A DNA stretch of 64,000 nucleotides from Nemertoderma westbladi (lineage: Eukaryota; Animalia; Xenacoelomorpha): NCBI GenBank assembly GCA_032718475.1, contig JAUCBJ010009072.1, positions 26,606-90,605 on the forward strand, read 5' to 3'. A program made the translations under genes and the position numbers. The notes under the pieces are model-generated. The model saw nothing but the letters and a program-made list of their open reading frames with translations, had not been told where the DNA came from and made no database searches. Shown piece after piece: positions 23,282 through 36,440 of the stretch; the first letter of the stretch is position 1; the number at the start of each line of letters is the position of its first letter.

Positions 23282-26182
23282 AGGACGAAGGTCCGAATAG
23301 GACGAAGGTCCGAATGAGACCGAGGTCCGAAATACGTATGACGAAGGTCCGAAACAACAGGACGAAGGTCCGAATAGGACGAAGGTCCGAAATACGTATG
23401 ACGAAGGTCCGAAACAACAGGACGAAGGTCCGAATGGGACGAAGGTCCGAATAGGACGAAGGTCCGAAACAACAGGACGAAGGTCCGAATGGGACGAAGG
23501 TCCGAATAGGACGAAGGTCCGAAACAACAGGACGAAGGTCCGGATGGGACGAAGGTCCGAACAGGACGAAGGTCCGAAACAAAAGGACGAAGGTCCGAAT
23601 AGGACGAAGGTCCGAAACAACAGGACGAAGGTCCGAATAGGACGAAGGTCCGAATGAGACGAAGGTCCGAAATACGTATGACGAAGATCCGAAACAACAG
23701 GAAGAAGGTCCGAATAGGACGAAGGTCCGAAACAACAGGACGAAGGTCCGAATAGGACGAAGGTCCGAATAGGACGAAGGTCCGAATAGGACGAAGGTCC
23801 GAAACAACAGGACGAAGGTCCGAATGGGACGAAGGTCCGAATAGGACGAAGGTCCGAAACAACAGGACGAAGGTCCGAATAGGACGAAGGTCCGAAACAA
23901 CAGGACGAAGGTCCGAATAGGACGAAGGTCCGAATAGGACGAAGGTCCGAATGAGACGAAGGTCCGAAATACGTATGACGAAGATCCGAAACAACAGGAA
24001 GAAGGTCCGAATAGGACGAAGGTCCGAAACAACAGGACGAAGGTCCGAATAGGACGAAGGTCCGAATAGGACGAAGGTCCGAATAGGACGAAGGTCCGAA
24101 ACAACAGGACGAAGGTCCGAATGGGACGAAGGTCCGAATAGGACGAAGGTCCGAAACAACAGGACGAAGGTCCGAATAGGACGAAGGTCCGAATAGGACG
24201 AAGGTCCGAAACAACAGGACGAAGGTCCGAATAGGACGAAGGTCCGAATGCGACTGAGGTCCGAAATACGTATGACGAAGATCCGAAACAACAGGAAGAA
24301 GGTCCGAATGCGACTGAGGTCCGAAATACGTATGACGAAGATCCGAAACAACAGGAAGAAGGTCCGAAACAACAGGACGAAGGTCCGAATAGGACGAAGG
24401 TCCGAATGAGACGGAGGTCCGAATGAGACGGAGGTCCGAATGGGACGAAGGTCCGAATAGGACGAAGGTCCGAAACAACAGGACGAAGGTCCGAATGAGA
24501 CGAAGGTCCGAATGGGACGAAGGTCCGAATAGGACGAAGGTCCGAATGAGACGGAGGTCCGAATGAGACGGAGGTCCGAATGGGACGAAGGTCCGAATAG
24601 GACGAAGGTCCGAAACAACAGGACGAAGGTCCAAATGAGACGAAGGTCCGAATGGGACGAAGGTCCGAATAGGACGAAGGTCCGAAACAACAGGAAGAAG
24701 GTCCGAATAGGACGAAGGTCCGAATGAGACGGAGGTCCGAATGAGACGGAGGTCCGAATGGGACGAAGGTCCGAATAGGACGAAGGTCCGAAACAACAGG
24801 ACGAAGGTCCGAAACAACAGGACGAAGGTCCGAATAGGACGAAGGTCCGAATGAGACGGAGGTCCGAATGAGACAGAGGTCCGAATAGGACGAAGGTCCG
24901 AAACAACAGGACGAAGGTCCGAATAGGACGAAGGTCCGAATGCGACTGAGGTCCGAAATACGTATGACGAAGATCCGAAACAACAGGAAGAAGGTCCTAA
25001 ACAACCTGACGAAGGTCCGAATAGGACGAAGGTCCGAAACAACAGGACGAAGATCCGAATGGGACGAAGGTCCGAATAGGACGAAGGTCCGAAACAACAG
25101 GACGAAGGTCCGAATAGGACGAAGGTCCGAATGCGACTGAGGTCCGAAATACGTATGACGAAGATCCGAAACAACAGGAAGAAGGTCCTAAACAACAGGA
25201 CGAAGGTCCGAATAGGACGAAGGTCCGAAACAACAGGACGAAGGTCCGAATGGGACGAAGGTCCGAATGGGACGAAGGTCCGAATAGGACGGAGGTCCGA
25301 AACAACAGGACGAAGGTCCGAATGGGACGAAGGTCCGAATAGGACGAAGGTCCGAATGGGACGAAGGTCCGAATGGGACGAAGGTCCGAATAGGACGAAG
25401 GTCCGAAACAACAGGACGAAGGTCCGAATAGGACGAAGGTCCGAATGCGACTGAGGTCCGAAATACGTATGACGAAGATCCGAAACAACAGGAAGAAGGT
25501 CCTAAACAACAGGACGAAGGTCCGAATAGGACGAATGTCCGAAACAACAGGAAGAAGGTCCGAATAGGACGAAGGTCCGAAACAACAGGACGAAGGTCCG
25601 AATAGGACGAAGGTCCGAATAGGACGAAGGTCCGAATAGGACGAAGGTCCGAAACAACAGGACGAAGGTCCGAATAGGACGAAGGTCCGAAACAACAGGA
25701 CGAAGGTCCGAATGGGACGAAGGTCCGAATGGGACGAAGGTCCGAATGGGACGAAGGTCCGAATAGGACGGAGGTCCGAAACAACAGGACGAAGGTCCGA
25801 ATGGGACGAAGGTCCGAATAGGACGAAGGTCCGAAACAACAGGACGAAGGTCCGAATAGGACGAAGGTCCGAATGCGACTGAGGTCCGAAATACGTATGA
25901 CGAAGATCCGAAACAACAGGAAGAAGGTCCTAAACAACAGGACGAAGGTCCGAATAGGACGAAGGTCCGAAACAACAGGACGAAGGTCCGAATGGGACGA
26001 AGGTCCGAATGGGACGAAGGTCCGAATAGGACGAAGGTCCGAATAGGACGAAGGTCCGAATAGGACGAAGGTCCGAATAGGACGAAGGTCCGAAACAACA
26101 GGACGAAGGTCCAAATGAGACGGAGGTCCGAAACACATGAATGTCCGAAACACATATGATGAAAGTTCGAACGGGACGAAGG
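23282..26182. repeat. Composite satellite: constant core GACGAAGGTCCGAA plus a few short linkers (TAG, TGG, TGA, ACAACAG, ATACGTAT), about 155 units
   Basis: Units of 17-22 bp are directly visible; all long ORFs here are artefacts of the repeat. Confidence 0.97.
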
Positions 26183-28154
26183 AAGATAATATTTACGTGG
26201 GGGGGGGGGGGGGGGGGGGGTCGTAAGATGTGAGGGCTGTAAGATGATTTGTTTTTTAAGGCAATTACAAATAATTATGGTACATTATGTACGTTGCAAT
26301 TCAACTTATGGCCAGGACTGTCCGTATAGTTATTGACCTCATCGTTATATTATTGAATGCATTTTGGTTTTTATTGCATTTATTTAATTAATTAAATATT
26401 AAAGTGTTTATCCTATTTATGTATGAAAATACAAAAATAATAAATATAAAGTAAAAATACATAATATTTTATTATATTATATTATAATATACATAATTGG
26501 CCAGTAATAGTTGACCGATGCGCCTGTAATTTGCCTCTCGTCAACAAGTCAACCCCCACCGACTAGCGGTACTGGCTGTTTTGCTGACGGGGCTCTGTCG
26601 AACAACGCGCTCCTGATAGCAGTAAAGGGGGTCTCTTTATTGAGGGGCAGTATTATTATTGCCGCGGAACTGCCCCAACTCATCACCTCTCCCATTCTCG
26701 CCCTCCGACGAAAATGAACATAAAATCAACATACACCAACCCACTATCCTACTCCACACCGCGACACCCACCCTCACCGACGATCTGAAAGATTGTACCC
26801 AATACAAAAAAACAGGATAAGTTGAATCATACAACTAAAGCGGTAAGCTTGCAAGACGAATGCATGATTTACTGAGAATATCGGTCATAATCTCACTTAA
26901 TGGAATACTGTACATATTGTACAAAACTTTTACTAAATTAATTGCAACGCTCACCTATCATTTCGCCGAGTGTCAATACATACTCTTACATATTCAATGC
27001 ATGTTAAAAATTAAGGTAAATGGTACTGTACAAATCTGACAAATACTGGGATTGTAATTCAACTAGCATGATATAAACTAACGAACAAATTGGCAATTAA
27101 TATGGCTGATATTTACTTCTTTTTCATGTGGATTTTTCAGAAATATTTCAATTGCATTAATTTACATATTTTCAGGCCTTTTCATCCCATTTTACCAAAT
27201 TTTATACTTTCAGGGATTTTAATTTCCATGCGGTATAGGGTTCCGCAACTTTTAGTGGCAACACTAGAGACATCTAACCCAGGGTAGGGTATTCCTTAAA
27301 TACCCCCTGTAGGTGTTGGGCTGGGCTCCTGTGATGGGTAAGATACAGCATAGCGCACTACCCAACTAACAAATTTCCAACTAAATCTTCCACTTTCTTC
27401 TCTAAAACGCTCAAACTACCGTCCCAAATTCAGAAAAATAGAATAAAATTGGATTAGTTAGTAATAAATACTATTACTATGTAATAAAGGTTCTATACCT
27501 ATAACGATAACGGACAATATCTCTACTAAATACCAAACAAAACAACCATCTAAACATCAAAAATCAATGTCACACCACCACTGCCATTTCATTACATTTA
27601 TAATGATATCAACAACCCAAAGATACCCCATTTGCTATCATCTTATTGATAAAGCGCGATTTTATTGATGGAGATAAAATTATACGGCCCTGTTATATTG
27701 AATATTCACCAAGCATCAACCTGAAACGAACAAACCAACAACATCTATGGGAAATTTTTAAAATAAACATGTCAACAACTTTATGACTCCAGCTAATGGA
27801 CTATAAACAAACACCAGTGACTCTCGAATTACAGACCTTCCAACCACCACGCAATGCTCCCATTCCTACACCATTAATGAAACACTCATAACCGACCTTA
27901 GGATTAGCCTCCCCTCCATTCCCCACACGGCGGGCAGCATTATTAGTCCTTCAGAATATAAGTCATCAATCACAGTTTAGGCTATGCTTGCTCTTGTTTG
28001 AATGATGGCTTATCCAAGCAGCGTTTTTAAATTTAAATTACATGTAGCTCGGAATTTCGGTAATTAAATACGTTTGCGAGTTTATGAGAGTTTCATAAAT
28101 CATGTTCGCATGAGTTACAATTCACATGACGGTGTGAGAAAGATTTCCACATTA

Positions 28155-28386
28155 TTTCAGACCTTCGTCCTGGTTATTCGGACCTTCGTCATGGGATGAT
28201 AAACAACTATAATGTTTTTTGCCATTGGCCCATACAAACCTTGTCCTCAAAGTACAGTTCTTGGCCGTAGACGAAGGCCCAACACACCCAGGACGAAGGT
28301 CCGAATGGGACAAAGGTCCGAAAAAACCGACCAAGACTTTCGGACCTTCGACTTTCGGACCTTCGTCTCATTCGGACCTTCGACCC
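28155..28386. mobile_element. Small repeat or MITE remnant carrying GACGAAGGTCCGAA motifs in both orientations
   Basis: TTCGGACCTTCG at about 28177 and 28340-28382; GGACGAAGGTCCGAATGGGAC at about 28291. Confidence 0.55.
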
Positions 28387-28454
28387 AATACCCACACCCA
28401 CAGTATATTTCATTAAGAATGACACAGCCTTCCCAACAGACACATACAACCAAC

Positions 28455-28608
28455 CTAGTTTTGTTTCGCTCCCTGCTGGGAGGCAAGCCGTGCTGCCTCT
28501 CCCGCCGATCCAGTGATTGACTCCTATTGGCCGATTGTTGCTCATCATCTGAAGATCCTCCGAAATCTAAGTTACGCCGTCCACTAATCCTTCTAGAATC
28601 CCTTAGAT
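28455..28608 (-). CDS. SLAIN-like gene exon (DLRDSRRISGRRNLDFGG...RERNKT)
   Basis: GTTTTGCAG| acceptor and TAG|GTTGGT donor; 154 nt, phase 1 in and phase 2 out. Confidence 0.75.
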
Positions 28609-29423
28609 CTGCAAAACAACAAGAATTCATATCGGATTCACTTGTCCAGATATATTAATGTACAATAATTCACTTCAAATACTTTGGGAATTAATGTATT
28701 TTAAATAAACTCTGGATTTGAGGACATCCACTGGTGTGATAATGAAAAAAATCACTTCTGCATATTTTGTAAAGTTATATATTTTACTTATTATCTCAAT
28801 GTGTTATGCGTACTTTTGTATTTAGTTCTAGGTTAAACAATGAAGGGATCAGATCACGGCCTTATGTTACTCTATCTATACTGTTGTAGTGTTACTAGGC
28901 CCCGAATAAATCACTTCGCTATAAAAGTTACCTTTCTCTTGCATTTTGGCCAAAACGTGAAGATCAGTAACGTCATTGAGTTTATTTATACCGAGATTAT
29001 AATCCTCTTCGTCTTTATATCCCCAGGATTTCTTAGGAGTTTCATCTAAATAAATAAATACAATCTAGTTTCAATTAATTCAATTCAATTCAACATTAAA
29101 ATACAACTAAAACTTCTAGAGATAGTAGTTTATAAACGCAGACAAGTGTCAAAATGAGAACTTAATCCCAAACTACTGGAAACCTTGATAAAAAATAAAC
29201 AGATTCGTATGCCTAATGAAATTACTTTTGTTTGAGTAACTTTTTAAGTCAATACAATAATTAAATATCAGGTATTACAAATTCATCGACAGCCCAACCC
29301 ACTATCGTTGGTATCAGGATTAATTCAACCGATGTTTCGAGATCAGGATCCCGCTTCATAAGAAGGTGAAAAGAAAACTTTCACTATGGAATGGAAAGGA
29401 CATTATTACTGAGTATATTAAAT

Positions 29424-30001
29424 CAGGGTTGCCATACTCTAGTTCAGTTTCAATTATCCCTGACATATTTCCCTGACTCTTTGAAAAAATTCCCTGACTG
29501 CAGGTACACAGCGGTTGTAAACGCTACGCCGACAACCGACAACCAACGCCGACAACCATTCTTAAAGCTAATGAATGTTAATTATCAATTGATGGAAAGG
29601 AACAGGTTACAGTGGAAAGTTATTCTAACCAAAACAATAAACGAGAGTCACGAACTCAGGTTACATTTTCTTATTTCCCGATGTCGGCAGTTTGTTGTCG
29701 GCTGTCGGTTGTCGGCGTACCGTTTACACCCATACACAACATTTTTATAGAATATAGTATAATATTGGCCGCTTTATTATATTCTAAACAATGTTCCGAC
29801 TATTAGAGTGCACCTATATGTTTAGTGATGTGAGGAAATCGAATGGTGAGCGAAGAGAGCAGATTAAATTTTACATATTTTCGCTTATCAAACTTTTCCT
29901 ATATATATCACATTCCCTGACGTGTCCATATTTTACAAGAATTCCCTGACATTTCAACAAAATTTACTATTCCTGACAAATCCAGGTGAGTGGTAACCCT
30001 G
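29424..30001. mobile_element. hAT-like MITE (CAGGGTTGCCA...TGGTAACCCTG) with a nested inverted-repeat element at about 29512-29731
   Basis: 11-bp TIRs and subterminal TTCCCTGAC repeats. Inner TIRs are TGTAAACGCTACGCCGACAACCGACA / TGTCGGTTGTCGGCGTACCGTTTACA. Confidence 0.65.
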
Positions 30002-30136
30002 TATGGTAAAAAGGAGTAAAAGCTACATTCGATGAAATAAAATAACCATAATGTTACCGTATTAGATAATACTGTAAATTAAATACCGGTACCAGTACTG
30101 CAATCCAATAATTGCCTATATTATTATTTATTAAAC

Positions 30137-30196
30137 CTGGGAGTTTCTGATAAGCGTTGGAATTTCCATTGGCATCTTCTGAAACGCGGTACGCCA
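30137..30196 (-). CDS. SLAIN-like gene exon (VAYRVSEDANGNSNAYQKLP)
   Basis: TTTTCATTCCCAG| acceptor and CAG|GTTTAA donor; 60 nt, symmetric phase 1. Confidence 0.7.
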
Positions 30197-30404
30197 CTGG
30201 GAATGAAAATAAACAAAACGCAAATATAAAGTGATAAATAAATAACATAATTATTTATTACACGGGGAAAAAGTATACCGGTACCTATTTTTCATTATTC
30301 TCGAGACATTTTATTTACCGAGCCCAGTTTTATTGTTAAATTGGTACTTTAATTTAATTCTACATATGTATCCTGCTCTCTAAATTGTAAACTTACTATT
30401 TAAC

Positions 30405-30669
30405 GCCCATGTGAAGAATACAGGATTTCACTTTTGGGTCGACTTTTTATTGGAATTTTATATATGAAGATTTTAAACACTTTTATCAACTTTTAAATCA
30501 CCTTTATTGCGCTTATTTCTGTCTTATAACCTGTACATATACTAATTCGTTTATTGTTTTGGTTAGATTCAGCCTTTCTGTGTTTTTGGTGAAAACATGG
30601 TATTCTTCACATGGGGGTAACTGCAAAGTGAAAAATAACGGCAGAAAGTCTGGTATTCTTCACATGGGC
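30405..30669. mobile_element. MITE with GCCCATGTGAAGAATAC TIRs (Harbinger-like), copy 1
   Basis: TIR pair GCCCATGTGAAGAATAC / GTATTCTTCACATGGGC; a homologous copy lies at 37391-37639. Confidence 0.75.
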
Positions 30670-30820
30670 CCTATTTAGCACTACAGTGTACCTTTTTACT
30701 TAAGTTTATATGAACATTTGTTACAACTATCATATCAGTAATTATTTTTAGTAATTTTATGCGTTTTATATTTAGCTCTATCCAGCCAGGCCTTCGTGCA
30801 GCAAAAGCTGCAAGCCATAT

Positions 30821-32058
30821 TGGCGAACAATTATAATTATACTATGGCTAGTAAGTTAGAAGACCGTCAGGGCTTCTTGCTGTCAAAAAAAACGTGTGTG
30901 TGTGTGTTTGTCTGTATGTATGTATGTTTGTTTGTGCACATTGATATTGGCTTGGAAGGGTAAGAAGTGCTCTACTTCGTGGCCAACTATACAGAGAAAT
31001 GCATGGATTATTTGGGTTCTTATATCGGTTATTAATTATTTAAGCGGGTAAAATTAAGCTCATGTTGAATAAAAATAGCACAGGTCGATTCGCCGTGTCC
31101 CATTCTCACAAAGTTTTTATTTTATTCGAGTGTTTAATATAAAGATGTATGATTATTTATTGATTAAAAATTAAATAGTGTATAAATATGTCATATTCCC
31201 TCATCTCATGCAGCCTTTACTTTGCCAATGGTAGTAAATGGGGAAGGATTTTCTCTGTATCATAGCAACGTTGTATAATTATTTAACTAGCGAGCTGGGA
31301 AGATAGGTAGCAAGCTGGCCGGAGTGTTGAGTGTGTCTCAGTAAATCCAATGGTTGGGGTGGGTTGTCTGTTGCGAACTGGTCATGGCCACCTTGGTGCT
31401 CATTGTCGGTTGGTCATTGAATTCACATCTCCCGTAGGTCGTGGGTTCGATCCACACATGGGCCAGGGCAATTTTCGTTTCGGCACGAATGCTTTATAAA
31501 GGGACCAGCCAGGACGCATCTCTACCTTACATCCTTAAGTGGTATAGCTAAATGAGTACTGGAGTTTCCTCTGGGGAGTAAAGTTCTGGGGGGACCGCAC
31601 TGGAAATAAGTCGTCAGAATTTCTGCGTAATTCCTGGCCTAGCGGCCGAAGAAAATTAACTTTTACTTTACTTTTTTTTTACATGACATTGATGCTGCTT
31701 TCCTCCAAGGGTGCATGGAGGGAGAGGTTTACATATTGATTGCGATTGATATTTGATGTGGGATTATATTATCATTTAGTATTTCGGTTTTGTTGTCTTA
31801 TCTCATAGCCAGCTTGCTAGCTTTCTAGTTCAAATCCCCAACAACAGTCGCTGTGCAACATCAATTTTGCATGGGAAGTGGCAGGCTGCCTCTGACGACA
31901 AAAGGTATAAATAAATACTCAGCGTTTATTGGCTACCGGGACTGTGTGTTCAAGGAACAGCAGTTAATTATTGGCTTTCAACAATTATGGCTTCCGACAC
32001 ACCACCACACACACACAGACTTTTGGAAAACGGCCATAGTATAATTATAACAGTTCGC
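30821..32058. repeat. Two oppositely oriented copies of a repeat with adjacent (GT)n/(AC)n microsatellite (about 30821-30940 and 31995-32058)
   Basis: GCGAACAATTATAATTATACTATGGC versus GCCATAGTATAATTATAACAGTTCGC. Confidence 0.45.
31386..31680 (+). mobile_element. tRNA-derived SINE, copy 2
   Basis: GGTCGTGGGTTCGATCC B box; same body and (ACTTT)n tail as 12403-12689. Confidence 0.8.
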
Positions 32059-32439
32059 TGATGGCTCGCAGTTTTGACTCGCCCCACATAAAAACCTCAA
32101 GCGTAATTCTACTGTGTATTAATTGTAAAATTAATATTTTATTCACTACATTAGTTTATAATTTTGTCCATGTGGGATAATATACTAAACGATTATCAAA
32201 TTGGTACTTCTTTGCTCAATTCTAAAATATAGAACGATAGTGTTACAAAATATATTGAACTGCAGTATTTTACTATATTGCTTCCATAGTTACCGGTACT
32301 ACGATATCAATTATTGTTCTTTTCAACTCCTCCTAAAGCTGCCTTACTCAATGTTAAATAATTAAGTGTTCTCGAATATTTATTACGTAACTAGTGAGCC
32401 GCTTAACTCGTATACCAATATTGGATATTGAGTTCCGTT

Positions 32440-32725
32440 TCGCAGACACTAAAGTTGCAATAACTTTTGAGTGTGTGTGTGGTGACGTGGTGTGTCTGTG
32501 TGTGCATGGATTTTGCTCAAATTACTTGGAAGCTTTTCTATATCAAAGCACTTTCTAAACAAATGAACAAAATTAAGAAATTCCACCAAAAATATTTTAT
32601 TTTAATTTTTTCGCTGGGAAAATAGGCCTAGTATAACCAATGCAATACTATCGGTTACAGTTTTCCCTATGGAAATATCACTGAGTGTTCTCCCGCTTTT
32701 CGGATATATTCGTGCGAATAAAGTA
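32440..32725 (+). repeat. Dispersed repeat family (other copies at about 57750-58000 and 59535-59570)
   Basis: ATTTTGCTCAAATTACTTG...TCCACCAAAAAT block shared with the 57750 copy; TTGCAATAACTTTTGAGTG shared with the 59535 copy. Confidence 0.6.
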
Positions 32726-32767
32726 ACAATTTAAGTATAAAATATATTGTTATCACCATCCACTCAC

Positions 32768-32919
32768 CATTTGCTAACTCATCGAGTTTAAGAAGGAAGG
32801 CATGTCTGGCAAGGAGCATATGTGGCGTGGGGTTGTCCAAGTCTTGCCGTATGTATTGATAAGGAGAAATGTTCTTCTGCTCAGGGGAAAGATTCTTCAC
32901 ACCCGGAGACACGAACAAC
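32768..32919 (-). CDS. SLAIN: SLAIN-family conserved-domain exon (W-LFVSPGVKNLSPEQKNISPYQYIRQDLDNPTPHMLLARHAFLLKLDELAN)
   Basis: TTTTGTTTAG| acceptor and ATG|GTGAGT donor; 152 nt, phase 2 in and phase 1 out. Recognised from memory as similar to the SLAIN1/2 WLYxSPKK...SPLxWCRQVLDxPSP...LIHKLD block. Confidence 0.8.
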
Positions 32920-34006
32920 CTAAACAAAACATTATCGCATATTATTATACCAAAGACATTAACCGGTATAGACATCATACCTCCAACATTCTATTGCTCA
33001 TTGCATCGTTGCTCGTTTTTGTTCACTGTCAGACTGTTGTTCATGGAATCGGAATTGTTTAATTGACATTAAATATAAAAAATAAAATAGAGCTAACAAT
33101 AAGAACATATACAAGAGACACGTATAACCATTATAAACAATGAACATGTGAAAATAGTATGGCTGTATGACGTAAATAACATTTAAAATTATCAAATTAT
33201 ACGTACCGGTACCGGTAAGCAAAAAGCAGAATCGGTCACGGTACAGTCGGTCACAGTACAGTCCTGGCTCATAATGGTGTTCGCAAGGGTAATTCTGTCG
33301 TGATCATATCACATCACGGCAGAACTGATGTTGTGATTTTGTAAGATAATAGTGGTGTATCTAATGTCGGGGATAGCCCCAAGAGACAGTTTCCATGGGA
33401 GTCCCCAATATACAGTAGGGCCTAGATAAGTAGGACGTGTAAAAACACAAGGATGAACTGCACCAAGGGTCATTGTTGCTCGTTCAGTCGCACACCTACG
33501 CTACCGGTCCGACATACATAACTGCAATAGGTTCCGATACATACAGACATACTGACATACAGAGTCTTATTGCGGTATTTTTACAACGTACTGACGTAAC
33601 CGCGTCAAATAGTTCTCGCCCTCTTCCATCAAACATTATAATAGGCCTACTGTAATACTATAATACCGGTACCAACTTCAAAAATTGCTACCGGTAACAG
33701 AATTCCATGCATACACAATACCGTACCGGTTAATCTTCATTCCACATATGTTTGTATCTCTGGCCTGATCTGCTGATAAAAGCCCTACTGCCCTATGCCC
33801 TAAACCTAATTGCTGGATTATAAATAAACATGTCAATGTCAAATTGTTAGGGACTAGCGACTAGCTGACTAGCGAGACAGGCAGACAGGCTGACAGGGGC
33901 CTAGTGCCTCTAGGCTGCTGCTGCTAGCTGGCTAGGCCTAATGTTAAACGACAACTAGGCCTACCCTGCTTCCTGCAGTATTGTATAAACTAGGTAACTG
34001 ACTAAC

Positions 34007-34083
34007 CACGTATCGTCATCTTCATTTTCCGATTCAGGGAAACTAATCAGTTCCAAACGATCAATAATATCAATATCAGCCAT
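34007..34083 (-). CDS. SLAIN: SLAIN-like gene, first visible coding exon (MADIDIIDRLELISFPESENEDDDT-W)
   Basis: ATG at 34083 and TG|GTTAGT donor. The split TGG codon joins the next exon to give the acidic-W-L-x-x-S-P SLAIN pattern. Confidence 0.7.
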
Positions 34084-35478
34084 TACCTGTGCTTGCTGAC
34101 CGTCTGACTGTCTGACGTTGCCGTACCCACCGACTGACTGGACTGACCGATATACTGCAGTACTGATATTGATATAGGCCTATCAGCCTATCAGCCTATA
34201 CCGCTATCAGTCATAATACTGTAATATATTGAATAGGCCTATATATCAGTACCGGTATATCAGATATATATATATCAGTATTCAGTACAGTAAGGTACAG
34301 TGGGTCAGCCTAATCACCCAACTACACCCAACTTTCACCCAACTACACCCAACTACACCCAACTACACCCAACTTTCACCCAACTACACCCAACTTTCAC
34401 CCAACTACCACCCAACTACACAGCTACACCCAACTTTCACCGAACTACCACCCAACTACACAGCTACACCCAACTTTCACCAACTACACCCAACTATACC
34501 ACCCATCTACACACAACTCTGCAAATACACCCGACTTCAACGTTCAACACAACAGCATCCAACTTGCACCAAACTATACTGTATGGCACCTATCTTCCAC
34601 AAATTACAATATGTACAGTAACAAACTCTGAACTTCTTTGAGGAATTGCTGAGATATGAACTTTTAAAAGTTGCATGTACTCGTGCTGTATTTTGCCATC
34701 ACTGCCCTGCAATTATGAAAATAACTAACTAACATTTTATTTTTATTGCAGGTTGATTCTAGAATAATTGATGAATTTAGCAATAAATATACAAAGGAGA
34801 GACACAGAGACTATTGACGAACGATCCAGATACCTATAGATGTCTACACATACCACGCATCAAAACTGCAAACTAAGCTACAGTACAAACTAAACTGGCG
34901 CTGTGGGATTGCGGTGAAAATGAAAACGGTATTTATACATAGGTGGGTCACCGTCACAGCCTTAACGACGAAATCGCATTATTGGAAACTTCTGCTGTGG
35001 GAATAGCAATGCAGATAATTCGTACAAAGTTAATGGACATAAGTTCTATATTATACAGTATGTTTAATGCAATTATAATAATGTAATTATCCTTTATGTA
35101 TCATAGAATACAAGAAAAAAAACTGTAACATTATTTTCAGCTTCTTTATCTTAAACTTTATGGCCTTTATACTGTATTAATTAATTTTTAACGAAACAAC
35201 AGAAATAATTTTAGAACTTTTTACATTTCTCATTACATTTTACATGTCTCAAGTTTACACTCCATTTGGCTCCCTGATCCAATCTTAATGGTTAGCAAAT
35301 AAAGTACTTTCTGTATAATATAGGCGAATAATAAATTTATTATGGAACCAAAATAATAAACGAAAGATAAGCTCAAATTAATATAAAGGCCACGAAGTTT
35401 AGAATAAAACTGTTGAAAATAAAGACTATTTTACAATCTTTCTTGTAATATGATACATAAAGGATAATTATAATATTT

Positions 35479-35601
35479 TATTGTTAAATTTCTGAATTAC
35501 TTAACGCTCGTCCTTGGACAAGCCGTAAATACAGTAGATAGATGGATTATTTGCGGCTCGTCCATAGACGAGCGTTAAGTAATCAATAAATTTAACAATA
35601 A
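35479..35601. repeat. Hairpin of about 120 bp (mini-MITE-like)
   Basis: TTATTGTTAAATTT...TTACTTAACGCTCGTC / GACGAGCGTTAAGTAA...AAATTTAACAATAA. Confidence 0.7.
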
Positions 35602-36440
35602 AACAACGTATTCTAGTGTATAATGTACTTTTATCTCACTTCGGTCCCTCGTTTCAATATTTCACTAACTCGAATATGATAATAACTCGAAATAAATTTT
35701 CCAGTATTTACTAATTATCATAGTGCGTTAAGGCTCGCCTTTACTACGTGACTCGCATGTTCTCGCTGTTATGCCTCAGAACTAAACATTAGATATATTG
35801 TACTGTATGTCCTACTCATCTTCACATCCAAAAAAGCGACGTAGATTAGGATTTGTATGGTTTTTGACAATTTTATAATTTGCTTTATAATTTCTTATTT
35901 TCAAAAATCCTGACCTGCGAGAAAGTGGTGAAAGGTAAGTGTAGTTGGGTGGAAGTGAGACAATGTTGAGTGTACTGTAGTTGGGTGATAGTTGGGTGTA
36001 GTTGGGTGGAGAATTGGGTGTAGTTGGGTGAAAGTTGGGTGTTGTTGGGGGTAGTTGGGTGAAAGTTGGGTGTAGTTGGGTGAGAGTTGGGTGGAAGTGA
36101 AGTGTAGTTGGGTGAAAGTGAGTCAAAGTTGAGTGTATTTGGTTGGAGAGTTTGGTGTTCTGTGGGACGAGTCACGCAGTCAGGGCAAGCCTTAGCGCAC
36201 AATTGCAATTAGTAAAAATAGGGCAAAATTTCATCTCCAGTCGGTCGTTCTGTCCGCTTGTCTGTCTGTAATGAAAAATTCATTCGTAAGTAACTTTTGA
36301 AGATTTTCGCCAACTGATCCACATTAAAGCCCGATGAGAAACCCCACTTGGGATCCGACTATGTAGCAACATACCTAAAGTGTGTGACATATTATTCATT
36401 CACATGTGAGAATTTAGCTTGGAAACCTCAATGTTGATCA

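Noticed and set aside
23197-26155. Long ORFs (up to 710 aa) in three minus-strand frames
   Set aside because: They are a by-product of a stop-free satellite, open in all frames with no domain content.
23282-26182. CRISPR-like look of a constant repeat with variable spacers
   Set aside because: The linkers are only 3-8 nt and are reused many times, there are no cas genes, and the context is eukaryotic.
26199-26220. Long G homopolymers (also about 5565, 12154, 51133 and 51187)
   Set aside because: They are mostly inside MITE-like repeats, their lengths are unreliable in assemblies and no function is supported.
26511-26834. GC-richer patch with short ORFs on both strands
   Set aside because: No phase-compatible splice sites or recognisable motifs; it could be an alternative exon but is unsupported.
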